A stretch of DNA of 64,000 bases from an uncultured Candidatus Saccharibacteria bacterium. GTDB taxonomy: Bacteria > Patescibacteriota > Minisyncoccia > Phycocordibacterales > UBA2100. The stretch covers positions 41,372-105,371 of the forward strand of contig CAZELA010000001.1 in the NCBI GenBank assembly GCA_964512835.1, given 5' to 3'. Below, piece by piece: positions 60,301-64,000 of this stretch. Position 1 is the stretch's first letter. Every line of letters begins with the position of its first letter. Both the position numbers and the translations under genes were made by a program. Below the pieces are notes generated by a model. It ran no database searches. It saw nothing but the letters and a program-made list of their open reading frames with translations, and was not told where the DNA came from.

Positions 60301-61487
60301 GGGTGGACGATCCACCCGGTGAGTTCTCAGGTGAGAGTTCACCTGGGTCGGGATCGGGTGAGCCAGCCGAAAACTACGAATGGGTGAACGGCGCCGATAT
60401 ATCCACCGCATACTTCGCCGACAATGGAGAGGAAATAGGGAAATCGTACGGCAAGCTGATATCAATCGACGACTCGGCGACGACGACCGTAAAGATCACG
60501 GATCATGCTTACGACCAAAAATTGATGGGCGTTCTCACGATGAGTTCACAGGTTACGCTTGGAACACAGTATAAGTCGACAGTTCGAGTCGCTACTGCAG
60601 GGCGAGTTCGTGTGAGTGTGTCCGACGAAAACGGGGCAATTGCAGTGGGCGATCCTATTACATCAGGCACGATAGTAGGTCTCGGAATGAAGGCTACCCG
60701 CCCCGGTCAAATAGTGGGACGAGCGCTCGAAGCCTACGATCCGCTACAGCCGAATACGACATGCGGATTCATCGACATTTCGATGCAGCATTGCCAAGCT
60801 GAGATTCTGATTGCACTTAGCCCGTCGTTCAACATGAACGTGTCATCGATGGCGGACGTAGCGTTCGCAGATCTCACTGATGCGATGACCTACTTGGCAA
60901 GCACCACCGAGGCTACTGTGGGTGATCTTGGTGCAGTTGTCTTCGGTCAAATCACCGCAAAGGTTGCGATTGTCAAAGACTTCTTCGCAGACAAGATCTT
61001 TGCGAACCGTGTCGAAACCAAGGAGCTCTGCGTCGAAGATGTCTGCGTAACCAAGGCACAATTCCTCAACATGGTGCAGGCTGCGAGCGCCGGTGCTGCT
61101 ACAGGAGGCACGGGGAGTAGTGGCGGATCCGGAAGCGGTGACACAGGGGGTGGTGATGCGGCAACGAGCACGCCCGATACAGAAGCCCCTGTAATTTCGG
61201 TTGTTGGTGCGAATCCCGCGCTCATCAGTGTCGGTGATACCTATTCAGATCTAGGGGCAACTGCGCTCGATAATGGCACGTATACGCTGCCTGTTATGGC
61301 GTCGCTCGACGGGGGACCGCAGATGGATTCTGAGCTTATTCAGCTCGACACATCTGCTGCCGGCGAACACACCATTACCTACACTTCGACCGATACTTCC
61401 GGCAATGTAGGCACCGCTACCCGTACCGTCATCGTAAATGCACCTTCGTTCGGTGGCGCGGAAGCTGGCGGTGAACAGGGTCTATAG
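39306..61487 (+). CDS. Giant (7,393 aa) repeat-rich cell-surface protein
   Basis: Single uninterrupted 22,182-nt ORF. Order of parts: N-terminal HTH_17-like motif, TM helix (~aa 190-215), >100 x 16-aa FSTTSxxYW repeats, eight NITAGCFAVNGTCL two-Cys modules, three G-x-x-A-x-G beta-helix (Hep_Hag/tail-fibre-like) regions, two LVIVD propeller blocks, a jelly-roll-like region, and a DUF5011 Ig-like C-terminus. Confidence 0.8.
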   Translation: MSEEHYFEGIKFVAAADAAATFGFKRDYIGILCRTKKVNGRRIGRNWYVDENSLKSFLVSQEHARAQRRLDLAAQRSQEYRNAHTPESAPAILPPTEQKASPVVKATAAFTAATIASLPSVADARTVFEKANAITQKSAETAIAHGTRVVEKTMDGIRIPAGASLEVVRTSIQASAAHAPIYAATPFSELVHKAFALTLAFVLTFGTYSLVDPTYARVAFTTVKDSANNISLGVEQLSAFVSNPRLSVSFADVNPAAVASSLSGSVPSFAEKLARGINASINNFVFAVAFPGYVYGTPATPHMNRGTVAVQVVPQGRVTPGTSESPVREPVAVGTGAPAQTTVITNPIRERVVERERVVIAGGITEEALTARLQALENALSARLFGLTSANSTAIAQNYNVIAQTNRIDVLNGVDISGSTFSGGTISNTTISNATISNASLSGTTTLGSLSVTGNGTTTFSGGIAVTGGCITVNGTCLGAGGAGNPGGSAGQVQFNDGGVFNGAASFTFNTATGVVAATGVSTTVATSTNMIAVNATSTNLFSSIARFNSAIIDTLVSSATTITNLVATNSTTTNLNISGTVSGAGLASCSGVGEKLLYNAATRQFTCGTDLDSGSSGFSTTSTQYFSSVGLAFSTTSSDYWLTTKNITAFSTTSADYWKTQNNFHSTTSFAYDLSTYSLGSFFSTTSVAYWDSTQFRWATTSTDAWLATKTTDQLTEGVTNRYYSNALVNGFIAGSSSIPKTFANNTFTGGNTFTGSTTLANATSTSFNTNLLGIGGTSYFSSLTGNGLQNVGGALTVNQGQAFSTTSVAFWDSTQARWATTSTDYWKTQTNFYSTTSADYWKTQNNFFSTTSASAFLTLNQGNAFSTTSIAYFVSNGLAFSTTSADAYLSLNQGLAFSTTSAAFHLSTYDKGSFFSTTSVNYWEGTQSRWATTSSDAWLATKDKGYFFSTTSAQNFLAQNTGAAFSTTSASFFSSVGLAFSTTSASYFLAQNDSSFSTTSADYYKSQNNFFSTTSASAFAANGLAYSTTSADFWLSTKSLSAFSTTSADFWQTQRNFFSTTSASAWSAVGLGHSTTSFAYNLSTYDKGFFFSTTSVNYWEGTQSRWATTSSDYWLSTKNISAFSTTSAEYYAQASSSIAKTFANNTFTGTNSFQNVTATQATSTWFFASTASTTNSYATNATTSVMYVGTFAGAGLTSCSGSSDKLLWNATTRQFQCGADAGAGGGITALGAQFSSVQTGSAQTFATTSDTNIGLTIVSSGDTHTFSPTWTGTLAGSRGGTGIGTVSQNGLLIGGAGNTWAQVSTSSLGISTTNLVEGSNLFYTDGRVQTYLNGVNKTFFFATSSADYWLTQQNISAFSTTSADYWKTQNNFHSSSSFAYNLSTYDKGFFFSTTSVNYWEGTQSRWATTSAAYFLSQNQGNAFSTTSADYYKSQNNFFSTTSASYFASTGLAYSTTSSDFWLSTKSLSAFSTTSADFWQTQRNFFSTTSASAWSAVGLGHSTTSFAYNLSTYDKGFFFSTTSVNYWEGTQSRWATTSSDAWLATKSTTNLAEGSNLYYTSARATSSFIALLGATTTDALTEGTNNKYYTDARVNSYIAGSTTIPKTYTTNTFTGTNSFQNITATGATTTSLSTGIASTSLLFVSNTTNALLNTSASGQVQATTFSGPLSFTGGQLTITQANGAGQNGYLASTDWTSFNSRLSTSSLVIAAGQGLAFSTTSSDYWKTQNNFFSTTSASAFAANGLAFSTTSSDYWLTTKSLTGFSTTSAAYFASLGLAYSTTSTLADLTTYNKGFFFSTTSASAFAANGLAFSTTSADFWASTGRAYSTTSANYWSSVGLGFSTTSSNYWSSLGLGHSTTSVAYQLTQPVILGNATSTTFFATTASTTNFYSNSSRFGSSTIGSLTLVGTTTGANGINIAAGCFAINGTCVGTNQATNVGFDFTPNTYGTTPSNSTSTLIGFTAGIYSVASSTIGGGAQGSGLTIFGGATTTGSQRIGGDLIVLGNATTTNFFATIASSTNLNAQSASFVSAAINSATLAGGSLSGTFTGSPTFSGNPTFSGLPIFSSGFLSVASTTIGNGTAIGGLTISGGATTTGALTVVGTTRLNSTLTLDTAIACTGASALQTDGSGHVVCGAISIGGSSTAGGWTTNNTGRVSLSTTTDMVVVGASSSPYAKLTVMSGGAATTTLALVAASGQTANILDIYGPSGSINSAFTAAGNFGLGTSTPGAKFAIVGNDGDSNINLFQISSSTGGVATEQLTFTNKGFLGIGTAAPTYPLEVVASRNAGQSLVKLQNTHSFGVTGFELFNSAGTKSAVFGWGNSNESVYPDTAFIGSTSNMPFVLLAGNAERIRLNPDGNVGIGQSNPSTTLDVGGTTTATAFIAYDTVNASQFTYASTTAVSANSLYTSNLRVSGTLTQTGGATSSLSNGLSIAAGCFSVNGTCVPLANDGTFSTTSASYFSSLGLAYSTTSTLADLTTYNKGFFFSTTSASAFAANGLGFSTTSNNYWSSVGLGFSTTSANYFLNSTTSTGFSTTSANYFLSQNQGNAFSTTSANFWSSAGLGFSTTSENYYKSQNNFFSTSSASFFASNGLAFSTTSSDYWLTTKSLTGFSTTSAAYFASLGLAYSTTSTLADLTTYNKGFFFSTTSASAFAANGLAFSTTSSDFWASTGRAYSTTSANYWSAVGLGFSTTSSNYWSSLGLGHSTTSVAYQLTQPVILGNATSTTFFATTASSSNLFTNTATVGSLTGGTGTFSGTLTANGGITLGGALTAAGNNVTGIGTASTSNLTVSNIQNSILSTGATGGVVAATISSPLQFSGGALSIQVANGTQNGYLSSTDWTSFNSRLSTTTLGLFDKGYFFSTTSASAFAANGLAFSTTSSDYWLTTKSLTGFSTTSASYFSSLGLAFSTTSSDYWKTQNNFFSTTSASAFAANGLAFSTTSANFWSSVGLGHSTTSVAYQLTQIPVMTNGFTAFASSTIGNGTATGGLTVSGRATTTSNAYFNGLLSIGSSTPNALLSIMQKYGNTNTSLFEIGSSTSATGATGSQYLTVLSSGDVGINTSTPSARLSIAGTTATVTGASAPLALYVQGGNGAGGSPGGVGGGISLVGGNGGQTGLGLAGNGGTITLKAGQSGGGSIANQYLNPSQLTVSTQNISLTAGTGLTGNDPGGSINLTTGSADFGAIAGSFNFYGGSSTSAGGDFNFIGGFATSTSATARGGNFSVTAGSGATTSLNGVASGGNVILNAGAKSLGGGSNGSILLGNVLGNVGVGGTSSPFALLTVFASSTATGFNNTPFAIASSSGTATTTLFTVSNTGSTTIANGVNITAGCFAVNGTCLSAGDGTFSTTSASYFSSLGLAFSTTSTDYWKTQNNFFSTTSNNFWSSVGLGFSTTSANYFLNSTTSTGFSTTSANYFLSQNTGNAFSTTSSDFWASTGRAYSTTSANYWSAVGLGFSTTSSNYWSSLGLGHSTTSVAYQLTQPVILGNATSTTFFATTASSSNLFTNTATVGSLTGGTGTFSGTLTANGGITLGGALTAAGNNVTGIGTASTSNLTVSNIQNSILSTGATGGVVAATISSPLQFSGGALSIQVANGTQNGYLSSTDWTSFNSRLSTTTLGLFDKGYFFSTTSASAFAANGLGFSTTSNNYWSSVGLGFSTTSANYFLNSTTSTGFSTTSENYYQNSSSTVVTAYKTNTFTGTNSFQNITATGATTTSLSTGIASTSLLFVSNTTNALLNTSASGQVQATTFSGPLSFTGGQLTITQANGAGQNGYLASTDWTSFNSRLSTSSLVIAAGQGLAFSTTSSDYWKTQNNFFSTSSASFFASNGLAFSTTSTDYWKNQNNFYSTTSANFWAAQGLAFSTTSNNYWSSVGLGHSTTSVAYLLTQTPAMTNGFTAFASSTIGNGTATGGLTINGGATTTGDSNVGGFLHLNSTTGGIKIDGNYFLTTNTSVGSTLLGAGAGGAATSSAINYTTAFGYNALNRLAAGGVANAAFGFRALEYNTTGDFNVAVGNEALGVVTTGSNNIGVGFNAGGAITTGGDNVVVSFNGGVTGITTGSFNTVLGNSAANSMSAGGSNVAVGYQALYASANSSSSVAVGRAAGGNNSAASSTTYIGYRAGVGTGAHTSQGSVAFGALAGASFATGSDFNTLLGFGAGSAITGGARNILLGASETASNLTTGYENIGIGSNIFFPTASSNLHLNIGNLILGTLPATTTGWKLPTTGTIGIGTTSPTARFGIALNNGGTLTTAFQISSSTANATTTLFSIGNTGSTTAANGFNITAGCFAINGTCLSTGADGTFSTTSASYFSSLGLAYSTTSTLADLTTYNKGFFFSTTSASAFAANGLAFSTTSVAYQLTQTPVFTNGFTAFASSTVGGGTAISGLTISGGATTTGNAYFGGNIGVGTTSPFSLFALSANNGTNYPGNNLFVISSSTSNSTVNHFAIDNVGRVTVGTNVGSTTGQFAVMAGATTIQFASTISTGLNTPYSVSVQGRYAYVANNGNNTLVTFDVSNPATPVQVSSVTAGISSPVFVSAQGRYAYVVNNGNNAIVTYDISNPAAPVQIASITTGLSVPTAAAIQGRYLYVSSFSNNALVIFDISNPAAPVQIASITSGLSNPRSVTVQGRYAYVNSGGNSALVIFDISNPVSPIFVSSITTGLNTPYYTVSVQGRYAYVVSNGNNALVIFDVSNPVSPVQVSSITGNLNGPRAASVQGRYAYVASGNNNALVTFDISNPTVPVQVSTVTTGLSGPRAITVQGRYAYVASGGNSSLVTFDLGGAYIQQLETGGLETGTLAVRNGIQAMDATLWGSLIVGRSLNVGGTGTFLTYNYSATSSNPNAASSTALSATGIDSNTAGISDVLSVTHYSTSTSVAGTGTGLLFNDTTLCSLANCVNSTTTATSTARIASVLTNVSTTSPTSDLAFFTKNSANGLNEWLRLTSAGSLGLGTSTPTAKFSIFNQFGGTSATLFSIASSTNVAGSTNTSFLSVSSTGFGTTTLSGLNIAGSATSTSNVGFNITSGCYAVNGTCLTAGGSSASSTLLADFNTFTNSQQFKGGLLSFASSTIGNGTATDGLTISGGATTTGNAYFGGIIGLNPLLSASSTIFSLGGRAFLSGTTSSVANTSGGNTFLGLDSGSNITKGFQNTALGYQALQFATSTSDNVAIGYEALSGSSLSGGGNVAIGTSVLAANTTGVSNVGLGSAALLGNTIGSYNFALGAQTLQNNVNGFDNQAIGNFNMFSNVSGSSNLSMGSAALSASVTGNNNVALGFGASDNNRSATSTIAIGSNAAAGPVSYFNQGGTVIGYQAGFSFATSSDFNTLIGYQAGYGITNGSNNIVIGTATSSTGVNNITSGSQNILIGNNIGLPSATANGQLNIGNTIFGTGHTNTGTTLSVGNIGIGTSSPLSALSLQKNFGATTTNLFSIASSTNAAGTTNTSIFSIGNTGSTTIANGVNITAGCYAVNGTCLSIGGSSASSTLLADFNTFTNSQQFNGGLLSFASTTIGNGSAIGGLTISGGATTTGLSILQGGIFSLASSTIGAGGATTGLTIFGGATTTGNAYFGGLLSVGSTTPFAKLALSLTSTETNANALLIASSTANIFSVNNRGQVGIGGTTATSSIAQFSIFPSAGSSTIQRIASTTLSQAAFDIVVQGRYAYIPINAGAAFEIWDVSNPENPVRMSQTSTSNNLQGIAVQGNYAYTSGTTAANGLQVWDISNPRSPILLATKTTNAAVVGIATQGNYVYLADFNGGSNIANNFEIWDVSDADNPVRVGQGSLASTPHDVKVVGKYAYFVGYNTSNNFEIWDISNPSSPARVSASATTVDYYTVDVQGRYAYLANSFSPTFEIWDISNPVSPVRMSSPVTNMLTVQVKAAGRYAYVLGGANSTNALEVWDVSSTTAPYRVTQQSLFGGSGQNLAVSGRYAYTVSSNATRNFEIWDLGGAYIQQLEAGVLEAGHLVLRKDLVADNGKFLTGLTVGNGLNVNGTLSLTASAGNATTTASQGFSIFSVRSASSSAPFLNALYNGNIGIGTTSPLSALSIQKNYGATTTNLFSISSSTIAGGTTNSALFTISNTGSTTAANGFNITAGCFAVNGTCLGSGSSASSTLLADFNVFTNRQQFNGGLLAAASSTIGAGGTGTGLTVSGGATTTGLSVLQGGILSIASSTIGAGGAGTGLTIFGSATTTSNSYTGGFIDTSASAGGFKMGGILLGYASSTNLGTFFGYAAGGQNATTSSAANNTSAFGYQALSGNNTGVQNTGIGAGALKANTTGTVNTAVGYQGMLSNTTGANNTSAGGGSLQKSVTGGNNVAIGYQASQSNLSATNTVAIGANAACGNFSGGCSNYDAEGYTVLGYNAGANFLSGADYNTLIGYQAGATITSGYSNIILGSNNASSPFLAGNLLGGSGNIGIGNNTYFANGSANNQLNIGGLVMGTLPATSSAFALPTSGTIGIGTTSPTAKFGIAINNGDTLQTLFQISSSTSNSTTTLFSISNTGSTTIAGILNVGSASTTNVSATNVYTSALTLSSVGTCSGGSALQSTGGVVSCGAVTISGASAGGGWVASNSKIIQATSSVLVAMGAATSTPYAQLTVTSGATATTTLALLAASGQTSDILHMYNSSGILSTVFNAAGLLGIGTSTPFADISIQNNYGSVGTVFEIASSTNTAGTATASMFSVMSNGNVGIGTSSPWAKLSVISNAASNEYSPLFVVATSSTWNNGGQSPIIYAFATTTGALDFARVAIGTSTGWGSAGILDQLTVAGRIYSTWKYASCDFPVMSQVAALTANTLNFCGPFAFTITGTTGGTTIAPAAGQAWNPGQVILSTGASGTSGAGASVRSVVPIAAATSSPVIEAVVRPDMTNATSSMLLIGFNGQYSSGPTIGSEPSTFVGFVASTTNANWFALVRNGGNRTTPVDTGFASTTNVTGLSAARRMRVEVTPSEARFLINGNVVARITTNIPSADLAPHMSIANAIKSGGLRMTPNVAKLGLSQIRVWVDDPPGEFSGESSPGSGSGEPAENYEWVNGADISTAYFADNGEEIGKSYGKLISIDDSATTTVKITDHAYDQKLMGVLTMSSQVTLGTQYKSTVRVATAGRVRVSVSDENGAIAVGDPITSGTIVGLGMKATRPGQIVGRALEAYDPLQPNTTCGFIDISMQHCQAEILIALSPSFNMNVSSMADVAFADLTDAMTYLASTTEATVGDLGAVVFGQITAKVAIVKDFFADKIFANRVETKELCVEDVCVTKAQFLNMVQAASAGAATGGTGSSGGSGSGDTGGGDAATSTPDTEAPVISVVGANPALISVGDTYSDLGATALDNGTYTLPVMASLDGGPQMDSELIQLDTSAAGEHTITYTSTDTSGNVGTATRTVIVNAPSFGGAEAGGEQGL
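44140..44510 (+). repeat. ~370-bp near-identical internal duplication (second copy at 50395-50770)
   Basis: Both copies encode NTFTGTNSFQNITATGATTTSLSTGIASTSLLFVSNTTNALLNTSASGQVQATTFSGPLSFTGGQLTITQANGAGQNGYLASTDWTSFNSRLSTSSLVIAAGQGLAFSTTSSDYWKTQNNFFST. The antisense ORFs 44129-44344 and 50387-50602 differ by one residue. Confidence 0.75.
47299..47895 (+). repeat. ~600-bp near-identical internal duplication, copy 1
   Basis: Nearly base-for-base identical to 49596-50192 (offset ~2297 nt). The antisense 114-aa ORFs at 47399-47743 and 49694-50038 are identical in the ORF track. Confidence 0.8.
49596..50192 (+). repeat. ~600-bp near-identical internal duplication, copy 2
   Basis: See 47299-47895. 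Only scattered single-base differences (e.g. gcatcGaccgg vs gcatcCaccgg). Confidence 0.8.
52750..53690 (+). repeat. LVIVD-type beta-propeller block 1 (8 x ~43-aa blades)
   Basis: Blades of the form QGRYAYVANNGNNTLVTFDVSNPATPVQVSSVTTGLSxP. G-x-YAYVA...L-V-I/T-F-D-I/V-S-N-P is the LVIVD repeat consensus. Block ends with LVTFDLGGAYIQQLETGGLETG. Confidence 0.65.
56250..57185 (+). repeat. LVIVD-type beta-propeller block 2 (7 blades)
   Basis: FEIWDVSNPENPVRMSQ, LQVWDISNPRSPILLAT, FEIWDISNPSSPARVSA etc. Ends with FEIWDLGGAYIQQLEAGVLEAG, the same terminal motif as block 1. Confidence 0.65.
61180..61440 (+). other. C-terminal DUF5011-like Ig-fold domain of the giant protein
   Basis: EAPVISVVGANPALISVGDTYSDLGATALDNGTYTL...HTITYTSTDTSGNVGTATRTVIV matches the DUF5011/HYR-like bacterial Ig pattern (APVItl.G.npv.v.vG..Y.D.GatA.D..dG). 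Preceded by a Gly/Ser linker. Confidence 0.5.
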
Positions 61488-61531
61488 CCGTGATAACGGA
61501 ACACTCGTGACCAGTACTGACAATGCCCGGA

Positions 61532-62509
61532 TTACCGTGAGAATGATGAGAATATCTTTGCCGCCAGCGATTCGATGATCGTCTGCAGTCGGTCTTCGCT
61601 AGTTCCTTCCGTCAATATACAAAAGAGGAACGGACGTGACGGGGCATACACGATGCCACAGTCGTGGAACTTCAGCGAAACGACTGTGCCATCCGGGCTT
61701 AATTCGCGGCGAACGCCGAATTTGTGTGCCATTTTCACCGTCTGCGGAATGCCTGACCGCGCACCGGTAGAGATCGCTGTATCTGCTAGGATCTCAAGCG
61801 CCTTCTGCGAGTAGAGGGGGGTCAGGTAGGAGCTTTGGTACAGAGAGCGGAAAATGTTTGCGTACGAGCGCGCGTTCACTATCTGATCACCCATAGACAT
61901 ACCCGGGCGCACCGCCATGCCGAGGTCGGCGTACACATTCAATAGAAATTCATCAGAGAGGCGATTTACGAGCAGGGCATACGCATCGTTATCCGAGTAT
62001 TTGATCATCTGCTCTATGACCTGCTCCATTGTGTATTCCTGGCCCGCAACGAGGCGGTACTCGGGCTCAACACGGTCGTTTTCGGACACCAAACTGTTCT
62101 CGCTGAATACTATTTTTTGATCCAATATACTGGGCTCGATCTCCGCGTATTTGAAGATCGCAATCATAACAGGTACCTTAAAAAGACTGGCGGGCGCGTA
62201 TTCCTCCTTCTCATTGACACCCATCCATTGCAGTGTCGTCAGGTCACGCACCCATACAGATATACGCGTTGCGTCCCGATTCAGTTCGTACTGCTTTACA
62301 TCCTTTTCGAGAGCCGACCGCAATGTTGTGAGAATGTCTGTGCTCTGTGTGTACTCGTCGCAGTTGAAATCCGGGCGAATAAGCTCGAATTTGCCGGTGC
62401 ACTTTGAATTCTCCCGTGCCATGGGGGTCTCCTTTTGCCAGAAGAGGAGCAGTCCGGTTAATGATGCCGACAGCGCGGCCGTAATGGCTACCAGGAACCA
62501 GCGATTCAT
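61532..62509 (-). CDS. Class A beta-lactamase-like/PBP-like serine hydrolase with N-terminal signal/TM segment
   Basis: S-x-x-K (PASLFKVP), SDN (KYSDNDAYA) and a KTG-like HKFG triad in canonical order and spacing. N-terminal hydrophobic segment LVAITAALSASLTGLLLF. Confidence 0.65.
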   Translation of the reverse strand: MNRWFLVAITAALSASLTGLLLFWQKETPMARENSKCTGKFELIRPDFNCDEYTQSTDILTTLRSALEKDVKQYELNRDATRISVWVRDLTTLQWMGVNEKEEYAPASLFKVPVMIAIFKYAEIEPSILDQKIVFSENSLVSENDRVEPEYRLVAGQEYTMEQVIEQMIKYSDNDAYALLVNRLSDEFLLNVYADLGMAVRPGMSMGDQIVNARSYANIFRSLYQSSYLTPLYSQKALEILADTAISTGARSGIPQTVKMAHKFGVRRELSPDGTVVSLKFHDCGIVYAPSRPFLFCILTEGTSEDRLQTIIESLAAKIFSSFSR

Positions 62510-62550
62510 GCGCGAATGCTAGCATGGTCGCTCGAAAGCTGCATGTTGCT

Positions 62551-63231
62551 CTACTCAGCTGAAGCGCTCTCCCGATAGTATGCCTGGGCTTCAAAAAGCA
62601 TCGTCGAGAGCGAGGTCGGGGCATCAAATAGAGCAAACACTTCGTTGCCCAAAAGCCTACGTTCAATCCGTTCAATTCCGATATGATCAGGAAGGCTTGA
62701 ATATTTATACGAACGTAGCTTCTCTTCGATCTTGCCTACATTGCCCGCGCCCTGTTTCCAGTTCGGTTCATACAGCTCAACAGGATTCATATGCACGTAG
62801 TTGATCGCGTGCTTGAAGTATCTGTCCGTCGATAGGTGTTTCGACTTATACGAGCCGGCAAACAGCGCTCCGGAACGTTCGTTCTTCTTATTGAAGTACA
62901 TCGTATAGCCGGTAAATACTTTCTGCATAAACGTAGCTATCCCGCCTTGCTCAACCTCTTTCAATACAAAATGCACATGATTCGGCATAAGGCAGTACGC
63001 CCCGATCTCTACAAGCGGGACAAATGCTGAATGCCGATCACTATTAAGCAGGCGGGGGAGCGAAGGCGAGTAGAGGTTGGAAGGTAGGAATTTCTTCGGC
63101 AGATTGCCAAGGTACATCTGCAGCATGAATCGTTCATAGTCCCGTGTGTCCATGAACACTTTTCGCTTGTCGGCACCACGATTAAAACAGTGATACCACT
63201 CACCAACTTCGATCGGAATACGATTAGCCAT
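62551..63231 (-). CDS. IS200/IS605-superfamily Y1 (HUH) transposase, RAYT/COG1943-like
   Basis: WYHCFNRG N-terminal motif, HUH motif MPNHVHFVL, and YVHMNPVE catalytic-Tyr helix (compare YI-x-NPVKAGLV of RAYTs). 226 aa. No tnpB adjacent. Confidence 0.75.
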   Translation of the reverse strand: MANRIPIEVGEWYHCFNRGADKRKVFMDTRDYERFMLQMYLGNLPKKFLPSNLYSPSLPRLLNSDRHSAFVPLVEIGAYCLMPNHVHFVLKEVEQGGIATFMQKVFTGYTMYFNKKNERSGALFAGSYKSKHLSTDRYFKHAINYVHMNPVELYEPNWKQGAGNVGKIEEKLRSYKYSSLPDHIGIERIERRLLGNEVFALFDAPTSLSTMLFEAQAYYRESASAE

Positions 63232-63250
63232 GCGAGAATCGTACCACTAG

Positions 63251-63273
63251 CCTCGAGGTTTAACCTCGAGGCA
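63251..63273. repeat. 23-bp palindrome gcctcgaggt-tta-acctcgaggc immediately 5' of the RAYT gene (REP/IS-end-like hairpin)
   Basis: Perfect 10-bp arms; located 20 nt upstream of the transposase start codon. Confidence 0.6.
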
Positions 63274-63471
63274 TTTGGGGAAAAAATGCCGTACTCAAAC
63301 ACTTAGCCCGGAGGGGGTATAGCGCACCGGCAATCACAACTCGCGCCGTCAGGCTGAAATACGCTCGGTATCGCATATCTATATACTGTGGGCCTTATTG
63401 TAGGCGGCAAACTACACTTGGGCAAAGCTGTACACAGGCCGCTCGCCCCGAGGATGCTACACTTTCAGTAT

Positions 63472-64000
63472 ATGGCTCGCGTGGCAATCAACGGCTTTGG
63501 CCGCATCGGACGGTGCTTTCTTCGGTCTTCGTACGGACGGGGAGAGATCGAGATCGTCGCTATTAATGACCTTACTACCCCTGAAAATCTCGCGTATCTC
63601 CTCAAATACGACAGCGTGTACGGCAAAGCGCCGTTCACCGTGTCATCGGAACCCGGCGCGATTATCGTCGACGGAAAAAAGATTCCGGTCCTTGCTGAAC
63701 GCGATCCCGCAAAACTTCCGTGGAAAGACATGAACGTCGATATTGTTATCGAATCGACCGGATTCTTTACCGACGGTGAAAAGGCGAAGGCACACGTTGA
63801 TGCCGGAGCCAAGCATGTGATTATTTCTGCGCCTGCAAAGGGGCAGGGTGCCGACACGATCCTCATCGGGGCGAACGAAGATCACTTCGGCGGTTCGTCC
63901 GTTACATCGAATGCATCATGCACAACGAACGCAGCATCGCCGCTCATCGGTGTACTCGACGAAGCGATCGGTATCGAGCGAGCGCTCCTGAATACAACGC
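63472..64000 (+). CDS. gap: Glyceraldehyde-3-phosphate dehydrogenase, N-terminal part (runs off window end)
   Basis: Manual translation from ATG 63472: MARVAINGFGRIGRCFLRS...IVAINDL...SNASCTTNAASP (the NAD-binding GFGRIGR motif and the catalytic ASCTTN motif). No stop before position 64000. Confidence 0.85.
   Translation, partial: MARVAINGFGRIGRCFLRSSYGRGEIEIVAINDLTTPENLAYLLKYDSVYGKAPFTVSSEPGAIIVDGKKIPVLAERDPAKLPWKDMNVDIVIESTGFFTDGEKAKAHVDAGAKHVIISAPAKGQGADTILIGANEDHFGGSSVTSNASCTTNAASPLIGVLDEAIGIERALLNTT

Noticed and set aside
62551-63273. Complete IS200/IS605 element with tnpB
   Set aside because: Only the Y1 transposase is present. No TnpB/RuvC-like ORF on either side and only one terminal hairpin visible, so it is called a solitary RAYT-like gene rather than an intact IS.

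Overview
This 64-kb window has ~57% GC and is densely packed with genes; it carries no rRNA, tRNA or CRISPR array. It splits into three parts.

(1) Positions 1-32412 hold a ~32-kb cell-surface glycan biosynthesis locus, almost all on the + strand, with several 4-nt ATGA start/stop overlaps that indicate operons. It encodes:
- GT1 and GT2 glycosyltransferases;
- three GT-C/PMT-ArnT-like membrane glycosyltransferases plus a GtrB/ArnC-like polyprenol-phosphate glycosyltransferase;
- a Wzx-like flippase;
- an O-antigen-ligase/Wzy_C-like protein with C-terminal TPR repeats;
- four SAM methyltransferases (FkbM, TylF-like, and two Methyltransf_11);
- a hexapeptide acetyltransferase and an MBOAT + AlgJ/DltD-like O-acetylation pair;
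- an AsnB-type amidotransferase;
- a 3,6-dideoxyhexose-type branch: a CDP-glucose-4,6-dehydratase-like protein, an SDR reductase, and an E1/ColD-like PMP-dehydrase with His in place of the PLP-lysine;
- a nonulosonic-acid branch: a NeuA-like cytidylyltransferase, a NeuB-like synthase fused to a cupin, and a HAD phosphatase.

(2) A ~1.1-kb structured non-coding gap (32413-33530), then secA and gatB.

(3) A 315-aa membrane protein carrying two tandem HTH_17-like motifs lies immediately upstream of a single 22.2-kb ORF (39306-61487, 7,393 aa). The giant ORF begins with the same motif plus a TM helix, and continues with:
- >100 copies of a ~16-aa Ser/Thr-rich 'FSTTSxxYW' repeat arranged in arrays;
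- eight recurring two-cysteine 'NITAGCFAVNGTCL' modules;
- three Hep_Hag/tail-fibre-like beta-helix regions;
- two LVIVD-type beta-propeller blocks;
- a jelly-roll-like region and a C-terminal DUF5011 Ig-like domain.
The gene contains several near-identical 350-600-bp internal duplications.

Downstream are a class-A beta-lactamase-like serine hydrolase, a solitary RAYT/IS200-like Y1 transposase with a 23-bp palindrome, and the 5' end of gap (GAPDH).

Taxonomy cannot be fixed from sequence alone. The giant gene, the TPR-fused O-antigen ligase and the PMT-like enzymes are compatible with a high-GC monoderm such as an Actinobacterium or a high-GC CPR/Patescibacteria lineage. The most novel-looking element is the giant, glycan-locus-adjacent, HTH-motif-anchored repeat protein and its small paralogous neighbour.
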